From Spirochaetota bacterium (GTDB lineage: Bacteria > Spirochaetota > UBA4802 > UBA5550): DNA of 64,000 nucleotides. Under the pieces are notes generated by a model. The model was not told where the DNA came from. It ran no database searches and saw nothing but the letters and a program-made list of their open reading frames with translations. The stretch covers positions 2,720,001 through 2,784,000 of the forward strand of contig OY760686.1 in assembly GCA_963663865.1 (NCBI GenBank). The letters are read 5' to 3'. A program made the position numbers and the translations under genes. Position 1 is the stretch's first letter. Each line of letters opens with the position of its first letter. Positions 57,648 to 64,000 of this stretch are shown piece by piece.

Positions 57648-59093
57648 ATGAACTTCAACGATAGAATCAGGATTTTTACAGCCGTATCCGCAATCTGCCT
57701 TCTTTTGACAGTAGCCCTTCACATCAACAGAGCGCCTATACATCGGGGAGCAGAAAGCTTGATTTCCTCTGTTTTCGAGCTATACGAAACGGCCCGTTAC
57801 GGCAAACCGGACCGGCCTGCCGGGCCGCCACTCTACGAAAGCCCTTACCGCGGCATACCCGCCGCTTTCATGCGCGCAGGCAGCCTGCTGCTGTATCAGG
57901 TTGCGGAAGGGACAACACTTGACGAGGCTGTCACTAAGTGTATTGACTATACAGTCTACCCGGACAGAGGCACTCTGAGACGGGAGATTATAAAGGCAAA
58001 CGGGCTTTCATCAAAAACTCCGCTGCCGAAAGTCCTCATAATACCCGGAGCTTGGTCCCCTCTTGAGATTGCCATCTCAAACAGCGAACCGGCCCCCATA
58101 CAGGAAGTAAGAGCGATCTACCTGACAGGGCCGGCTACCGGCAGAAGCGCGCTTCTGAACAGGCTGAAGGCCCTCAAATCAATAGGGGTCAATGGAATAT
58201 GCTTTGACGTCAAGGATATTCCCGGAATCATTTCGTACAGGACTGAGATCCCGGAATCATTGAAATACGGAACATCCCCGCGCCGGACTTCAATCGACAA
58301 CCCCGGACTTCTTCTGCGGCGATGCGCTGAAGCAGGCATTTACACCATAGCAAGGATCGCCGTCTTTCACGATCACCTTCTCGCCAAACAGCAGCCCTCA
58401 TTTGCGATCAGGTCAAAACGCACCGGAGGAGTCTGGAACAAAGGAAGAAGGGAAATATGGTGCGACCCTACAAACAAATCGGTTCAGGACTACAACATAG
58501 CCCTCGCCGTGGAAATGGCAAAAATGGGAGCCGATGAGATACAGTTCGACTACATACGCTTCCCGACAACTGGAGATCTGAAGGACGCCTCCTACGCCTA
58601 TGACTTCGGCAAAATGAGCAATGAAAACGCGATAGCGCACTTTCTGAAACGTGCATCAGCTGAAATCAAAAAGCATAACACAAGGCTGTCCATTGACATT
58701 TATGGAGTCGTGGCCTGGGGCAAAGAGGTCGACATACGCGTTACGGGCCAGCAAATCGCTCTGCTCTCTCCGCACTGCGACTACATCTCTCCGATGCTCT
58801 ATCCGTCCCATTTCAATGATGGTTTCGACGGCTATGGGAACCCGGGTGATCATCCGTACCGCTTTATGAAAGAGGGAGTCGCGAGGGTCCTTGCAAGGGC
58901 CGGCAAGGGCAATGCCGCAATAAGGCCGTGGCTTCAGGCCTTCGGCTGGAGGGTCACTAACTATAACGCTGACTACATTCTGGAACAGATAAAGGCCGTT
59001 TACGATTCTGGCGGAACAGGCTTTCTCTTCTGGAACGCCTCAAGCAGCTATGATACGGTCTACCGGGCAATGATGCAGAGGTATAAACGGTGA
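57648..59093 (+). CDS. Putative glycoside hydrolase (DUF4015-like TIM barrel), membrane anchored
   Basis: AIYLT, FDVKD, IARIAVFHD, WCDP, DEIQFDYIRFP, SPMLYPSH, IRPWLQAF, FLFWNA. Confidence 0.75.
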   Translation: MNFNDRIRIFTAVSAICLLLTVALHINRAPIHRGAESLISSVFELYETARYGKPDRPAGPPLYESPYRGIPAAFMRAGSLLLYQVAEGTTLDEAVTKCIDYTVYPDRGTLRREIIKANGLSSKTPLPKVLIIPGAWSPLEIAISNSEPAPIQEVRAIYLTGPATGRSALLNRLKALKSIGVNGICFDVKDIPGIISYRTEIPESLKYGTSPRRTSIDNPGLLLRRCAEAGIYTIARIAVFHDHLLAKQQPSFAIRSKRTGGVWNKGRREIWCDPTNKSVQDYNIALAVEMAKMGADEIQFDYIRFPTTGDLKDASYAYDFGKMSNENAIAHFLKRASAEIKKHNTRLSIDIYGVVAWGKEVDIRVTGQQIALLSPHCDYISPMLYPSHFNDGFDGYGNPGDHPYRFMKEGVARVLARAGKGNAAIRPWLQAFGWRVTNYNADYILEQIKAVYDSGGTGFLFWNASSSYDTVYRAMMQRYKR

Positions 59094-59146
59094 TTTTTTT
59101 TTGGGGGGGGGGATAATAACCTTCCCCGCCCCGGCGCGTTACAAAC

Positions 59147-60679
59147 CTAACGGAACAGATTTTGCAGAAAAGGAAGCATCGATATATCGTTCAGAATAAC
59201 AGCAACTCCCAGCACGATCAGAATTAAAACCCCCGCAGTCTGAATCCGTTCCATAATCTCTTTTTTTAGGGGCTTCCCGCGAATGGCCTCAATCGTATAA
59301 AAGACAATATGGCTTCCGTCAACAGCTGGAATAGGGAGAAGGTTCATCACCATAAGGATAATAGAAATCTTGGCCATCAGAAGAATGAAAGCTGACAATC
59401 CCTTATAGTAAGCAACATCTCCGGCAATCTTCGCGATCCTTATCGGCCCCGAGACATTCTCTCTGACGCTCATCCCGCCAGAGAACATCATGCCAAGGCC
59501 TTTAAGGTTCATGACAATGAAGTCATAAGGCTCAACGACCGCCCTTGCCAGACCGGAGAGTGCTCCGTACTGAACCTCAACCATATCGGGCGCGAGAGCC
59601 GGGTATATTCCGGCGAAACCCCGGTCTTCAACCGACATTGGCCCCTTGAGTTCAGCATCTCTGATTTTGAGCTTCACCTCTTTGCCGGTGTTCTTTTCAG
59701 CCTCTTCCATAAGGCTGTCAAAGGAATACACAGTCTTCCCGTCAAGGGTCACATCCATTTCCTTGACTGCCTGCTTAAGCAGTCCTGAATATGCTACCGT
59801 TTCTCCGCCAATGATTAAAGACCTGTCCTTCCTCGGCGTAAGCTCAATGTCAACTTTCTCGTCTTCCCTCATAACGGCAACCTTAACAGTTTTGCCGGCC
59901 ATACCCTTTAAATACGAGGTAAAATCGTCCGGAGAACTAACCTTTTTCCCGTCCACCTCAAGAATATGGTCCATGTATGCAAGGCCGGCTTTTTCAGCCG
60001 GCTCGCCCGGCACGAGACCGCCGACAACAGTCCTGGAACCATACGGAAGCACGCCTATTACATAACGCCCTGAATCCGGAGACTTATCCGGAACGACAGA
60101 AAAGCTCAGAGTATTTCCGTCCCTGCTCACCTCTATTTCAAGGGCTTCTCCGCTGCTGAAAACAACGCCTGCCTGAATATCATCAAAGCCGGTTACCGTC
60201 TTCCCGTTGATTGCCGTAATTGTATCCCCGTCACGCATCCCGGCCTTATAGGCGCTTGAGATATATGAACCTGTTGTTATCTGCTCAGGTATTGATATTC
60301 GGTTGGTTTCCTTGGTATATCCTGTCAGATTCATTATGTAGAAGAGGATAATGCCAAAAAAAAGATTAAAAAGAGGGCCCATCAGAACAGTCACAATTCG
60401 TCTCCAGGGGGCTGCTGAAAGAAACTCAAAGCCCTTGCCTTCCCTCTTTTCCGAGGGATCCTCACCGTAAAACTGGCAATATCCACCGAAGGGAATAAGG
60501 GTAACCTGGTAGGTTGTATCGCCGATTTTCTTCTTTAGAATTCCCCGTCCATATCCCATTGAAAAAACCCTGGCCTTTATTCCGACCATTTTCCCGCCGA
60601 GAAGATGTCCCAGCTCATGAATAAATATGCAGAGTCCGAGTAAAATTACCGCCGAAGCGATATAAGTGATTATCATCAT
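59147..60679 (-). CDS. rseP: RIP metalloprotease RseP
   Basis: HELGH, PDZ domains, NLLPIPAVDG; downstream of dxr. Confidence 0.92.
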   Translation of the reverse strand: MMIITYIASAVILLGLCIFIHELGHLLGGKMVGIKARVFSMGYGRGILKKKIGDTTYQVTLIPFGGYCQFYGEDPSEKREGKGFEFLSAAPWRRIVTVLMGPLFNLFFGIILFYIMNLTGYTKETNRISIPEQITTGSYISSAYKAGMRDGDTITAINGKTVTGFDDIQAGVVFSSGEALEIEVSRDGNTLSFSVVPDKSPDSGRYVIGVLPYGSRTVVGGLVPGEPAEKAGLAYMDHILEVDGKKVSSPDDFTSYLKGMAGKTVKVAVMREDEKVDIELTPRKDRSLIIGGETVAYSGLLKQAVKEMDVTLDGKTVYSFDSLMEEAEKNTGKEVKLKIRDAELKGPMSVEDRGFAGIYPALAPDMVEVQYGALSGLARAVVEPYDFIVMNLKGLGMMFSGGMSVRENVSGPIRIAKIAGDVAYYKGLSAFILLMAKISIILMVMNLLPIPAVDGSHIVFYTIEAIRGKPLKKEIMERIQTAGVLILIVLGVAVILNDISMLPFLQNLFR

Positions 60680-61845
60680 AAAGAGTAACTCCTGATATTT
60701 TCTGCGGAAATCCGCCTTGTTTTATAGTCTACATCAAAGATATCTTCCAGCGATGGATTCTGTATGCTCATGTGGCTTTTCATCGCGTTTTCAATCACGC
60801 GTGTAATATCTGTAAAAGCAATATTCCCATCGAGAAAGGCTTCTACTGCCGCTTCATTAGCCGCATTAAGAACCGCAGGCATGGTCCCTCCCTGAATACC
60901 TGCCTCGTAGCAAAGCTCAAGCGCCGGGTACCTCTCCCTGTCGAACTCTCTGAAATTGAGTGAGCCTATATCTTCGAGTCTCAAACGCCCGAATTTGTTT
61001 CTAACTTTTTCGGGATATTTAAGCGCGGAAAGAATCGGGAGAGCCATGTCAGCAACTCCCATGTGAGCGAAGAGCGAACCGTCGACAGTCTCGACCAGCG
61101 AGTGAATCACGCTCTCAGGATGAATAAGGACTGAGATATCAGAATATGGAACATCAAACAGATAGTGAGCCTCAATGACCTCAAGGCCCTTATTGACAAG
61201 CGTGGCGGAATCGATGGTTATCTTTCTGCCCATGTCCCATGTTGGATGCGCAAGCGCCATCTCCGGTGTGACTTCAGAAAGGCTGCTTAGAGGGCAGTCG
61301 CGGAGACCTCCGCCTGATGCCGTGAGAATAATTCTTTCAAGAGAACCTTCCGGGACATTGCCGAGAAGCGAAAGGACAGCGCTGTGTTCGCTGTCGACAG
61401 GTATAAGCTCAGCTGCGCATTCAGCAGCTGTCTGCATCACTATGCCGCCGGCCATGACCAGCGTTTCCTTGTTGGCAAGAGCCACCCTGCGGCTGTTCCT
61501 GAGTGCGGAGAGCGACGGCCTGAGTCCAGCCGCGCCAACTACAGCCGAAACGCACACATCCACCGCCCTTGAAGCAAGCTCTTCCATTGCCCCGCTTCCG
61601 GCCAGAAACTCTACAGCGGGGAATTCCCTTCTGATAGAAGCGAACTCATCAGATACAGCAGCCTTTTCAGACTCGACGGCAGCGGCCGCCGGCGAGAACA
61701 CAGCGATCTGATCCCTCAAGAGCGCAAGGCTCCCGGAGCATCCGATTCCGTAAACTTCAAACTCTCCGCCCAGGGACTCGATTACCCTCAGAGTAGAACA
61801 GCCGATTGAACCGGTTGAGCCGAGTATTGATACAGATTTTCCCAT
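60676..61845 (-). CDS. dxr: 1-deoxy-D-xylulose-5-phosphate reductoisomerase
   Basis: LGSTGSIG, LANKETLV, PVDSEH, HPTWDMGRKITIDSAT, NAANE. Confidence 0.96.
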   Translation of the reverse strand: MGKSVSILGSTGSIGCSTLRVIESLGGEFEVYGIGCSGSLALLRDQIAVFSPAAAAVESEKAAVSDEFASIRREFPAVEFLAGSGAMEELASRAVDVCVSAVVGAAGLRPSLSALRNSRRVALANKETLVMAGGIVMQTAAECAAELIPVDSEHSAVLSLLGNVPEGSLERIILTASGGGLRDCPLSSLSEVTPEMALAHPTWDMGRKITIDSATLVNKGLEVIEAHYLFDVPYSDISVLIHPESVIHSLVETVDGSLFAHMGVADMALPILSALKYPEKVRNKFGRLRLEDIGSLNFREFDRERYPALELCYEAGIQGGTMPAVLNAANEAAVEAFLDGNIAFTDITRVIENAMKSHMSIQNPSLEDIFDVDYKTRRISAENIRSYSL

Positions 61846-61886
61846 TCTTTATCTCTACTGCCGCCTGAAATCAGCAGACAGCCCGA

Positions 61887-62753
61887 TTAAAATCCCCTCA
61901 AAACCAAATAGTAATAGAAAAAAGGCATTGTAAAAATGAGCGCGTCGAACACGTCCCACATTCCTCCGTGTCCGGGTATGATTGAACCAGAGTCCTTTAT
62001 GGAGCTGTCCCGCTTAACGGCTGACTCAGCCAGATCGCCAATGCTCGCAAGTACGCTGATAATTATACCCGCCGCAGCGGCCTCGGTCATGCTGAAAAGG
62101 TATCTGCCGAAAAAGCTCTGTGCCGCCTGCCCGCATATTATCATGGAAAGCATGCTGAAAAGCAGGCCAAAGAAATATCCTTCCCATGATTTCTTGGGCG
62201 ATACCGCAAAATTGGTCTTATGTCTTCCGAAAAATTTCCCCCCAAAATAGGCAGCAGAATCGTTTATCATGACAGTAATATTCAATATCATTATGTAGAA
62301 AAGTCCATTCTTCAAAGACTTCATCAGTATTACGTGCGAAAAAAACATAACGATAAAAACGACTCCGAAAACAGTAACAGCGAGAGAATAAATACCCCCG
62401 CTGATAGGACGCCTGAAAAGCTGAAGGGCAAACACAATGACAATCAGAGCGGCAAATATACCCATGAGGGCTCTTACCTCAAATGCCGGAAGAAATGTCA
62501 ACGCACCGCCGAAGGCGTAATAGTACATAAGAAGATTAACTGCCGTACCGGCGGCAAGTCCAACCGCTATGAACGGCCTTCCAGCCGTATCTTCTTTTAT
62601 CGATATCTGATAAAACTCGTAAAGGCAGGCGAGCGATATTACAAGAGAAACAAGCAGCAACGGCAGTCCATAAAAGCTGTCAGTTATTATCGCGAAAAAG
62701 TAAACAGGCAGAGCCACTGCCGCGCTGAGAATTCTTTTAACCGTTTCGTTCAT
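61887..62753 (-). CDS. cdsA: Phosphatidate cytidylyltransferase
   Basis: DSAAYFGG, SPKKSWEG, GDLAESAVKR..IKDSG.IIPGHGG. Confidence 0.93.
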   Translation of the reverse strand: MNETVKRILSAAVALPVYFFAIITDSFYGLPLLLVSLVISLACLYEFYQISIKEDTAGRPFIAVGLAAGTAVNLLMYYYAFGGALTFLPAFEVRALMGIFAALIVIVFALQLFRRPISGGIYSLAVTVFGVVFIVMFFSHVILMKSLKNGLFYIMILNITVMINDSAAYFGGKFFGRHKTNFAVSPKKSWEGYFFGLLFSMLSMIICGQAAQSFFGRYLFSMTEAAAAGIIISVLASIGDLAESAVKRDSSIKDSGSIIPGHGGMWDVFDALIFTMPFFYYYLVLRGF

Positions 62754-63463
62754 ATTCCTCCAAATCGTCTGTTTCTTCTTCTGAATTCATCGACCGCCTC
62801 ACGCAGGTGTCCCGGACCGAAATCAGGCCAGAGCACATCGGTAAAAACCATTTCACTGTAGGCAATCTGCCAGAGAAGAAAGTTACTGATACGAAACTCA
62901 CCGCTTGTGCGTATGAGAAGATCAACCGGGGGCATCCCGGCTGTGAAGAGGTGCTTCTCGAGCTTGGCCTCCGTAAGACGGCCAGTGCCTCCTGAAGCGA
63001 TCCAGCGGTTAACCGCCTCGACAATTTCCTGCCGCCCGCCGTAGTTTATACAGAAGTTTATTGTGATATTTCGATTTTTTTTTGTCAGTTCTACTGTTTC
63101 GTTTAAAACACGCCTTGTTCCCGCCGACAGGCGGCTGTTAAAACCGGAGTGAACAACCCTGACACCCTTCTCCATGAGAACAGCCCGTTTGTTCAGAAAA
63201 AACTCGTCCATAAGCTTCCAGAGTGAAACGAGCTCAAGCCTCGGCCTCGTCCAGTTTTCTGTCGAGAAAGCATACAGCGAAAGTACTGAAATCTTCATTT
63301 CCAGAGCAGCATCAAGAAGGCTTTCAATGACCTCGGCGCCGCGCCTGTGCCCTTCGCTTCTCGGCTGTGAATGCTGTTTTGCCCACCTCCCATTGCCGTC
63401 CATAATTATGGCGCAATGGGCCGGGCCGATGCCGGAAGAGCTTTTCTTTTTTTTCTGGTTCAT
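62750..63463 (-). CDS. uppS: Undecaprenyl diphosphate synthase (isoprenyl transferase)
   Basis: IIMDGNGRWA, YAFSTENW, NYGGR, IRTSGEFRISNFLLWQ. Confidence 0.96.
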   Translation of the reverse strand: MNQKKKKSSSGIGPAHCAIIMDGNGRWAKQHSQPRSEGHRRGAEVIESLLDAALEMKISVLSLYAFSTENWTRPRLELVSLWKLMDEFFLNKRAVLMEKGVRVVHSGFNSRLSAGTRRVLNETVELTKKNRNITINFCINYGGRQEIVEAVNRWIASGGTGRLTEAKLEKHLFTAGMPPVDLLIRTSGEFRISNFLLWQIAYSEMVFTDVLWPDFGPGHLREAVDEFRRRNRRFGGI

Positions 63464-63490
63464 TATCAGCGCGTCTCCGGGAGTTCAGCC

Positions 63491-64000
63491 TCAGTTGCTG
63501 AGAATTTCCTTCTCCTTATTGTCGCTGTAGGTCTGAACATTTTCAATATACTTATCAGTAACCTTCTGAATTCTCGCCTGACTGTCTCTTGAATCGTCCT
63601 CGGATATCTCTTTGTCTTTCTCAAGCGACTTGACCATTTCGTTACCGTCACGCCTGATATTTCTGATGGCGACCCTGCACTCTTCAGCTTTTGTCTTCGC
63701 AAGTTTTACATACTCTTTACGCCTCTCCTCAGTCAGCTCTGGAATCTGTATCCTTATCAGGTTGCCGTCATTTGCCGGATTAACCGAAAGATCAGACTTG
63801 AGAATGGCCTTTTCAATCTCGCCAAGATTTGTCTTGTCCCATGGCTGAATCACCACCATTCTGGGTTCGGGAATTGATATTGTAGCCACCTGATTGAGAG
63901 GCATCTGGGCCCCGTAAACGTTTACAAAAAGGCCCTCAAACATGGCCGGATTTGCCCGGCCCGTTCTTATTGACGCGAAATCCCTCTGAAGAGCAAGAAT
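63491..64000 (-). CDS. frr: Ribosome recycling factor, 5' end beyond the window
   Basis: Frame is open to the edge: ..FASIRTGRANP.., PELTEERRKE, RVAIRNIRRD, KEKEIL. Confidence 0.95.
   Translation of the reverse strand: MLALQRDFASIRTGRANPAMFEGLFVNVYGAQMPLNQVATISIPEPRMVVIQPWDKTNLGEIEKAILKSDLSVNPANDGNLIRIQIPELTEERRKEYVKLAKTKAEECRVAIRNIRRDGNEMVKSLEKDKEISEDDSRDSQARIQKVTDKYIENVQTYSDNKEKEILSN

Noticed and set aside
62220-62861. 213-aa plus-strand ORF
   Set aside because: Antisense to cdsA and uppS in a conserved housekeeping operon.

Overview
Chromosomal segment of a diderm, probably anaerobic bacterium. It carries HydG, an omptin and Mla genes; the lipoprotein signals are spirochaete-like, but the taxonomy is inference. 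Left end: partial dinB, then a divergent, AT-richer lipoprotein islet. The islet holds a permuted NlpC/P60 lipoprotein gene whose RBS-led start is put out of frame by a (GGAA)8 tract, two tandem paralogous lipoproteins each followed by a 67-bp direct repeat, and an omptin. Next come hydG with a TM1266-type regulator, a CLC transporter, a hybrid kinase and serB. About 14.4-55.1 kb is a Wzx/Wzy-type surface polysaccharide locus: rmlACD, beta-barrel/short OPX/pseudokinase PCP export, Wbp-like diamino-uronate genes, a lipid-carrier glycosylation module, ugd/uge, and an ACP/AsnB/PP-loop/AMP-ligase set. Inside it (20.3-25.4 kb) is the best candidate for an undescribed system: a RiPP-like cassette with a nucleotidyltransferase, an S24/S26 peptidase-HPr-kinase-like fusion, a PqqD/RRE protein, a convergently encoded 55-aa Gly-rich precursor with a YxxPxI leader, and an ABC exporter, but no lasso cyclase/B2 or radical SAM enzyme. 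Right end: mlaEFD with a degenerate ATPase, a putative glycoside hydrolase, and the conserved frr-uppS-cdsA-dxr-rseP block. All family calls come from reading motifs by eye; no searches were run.
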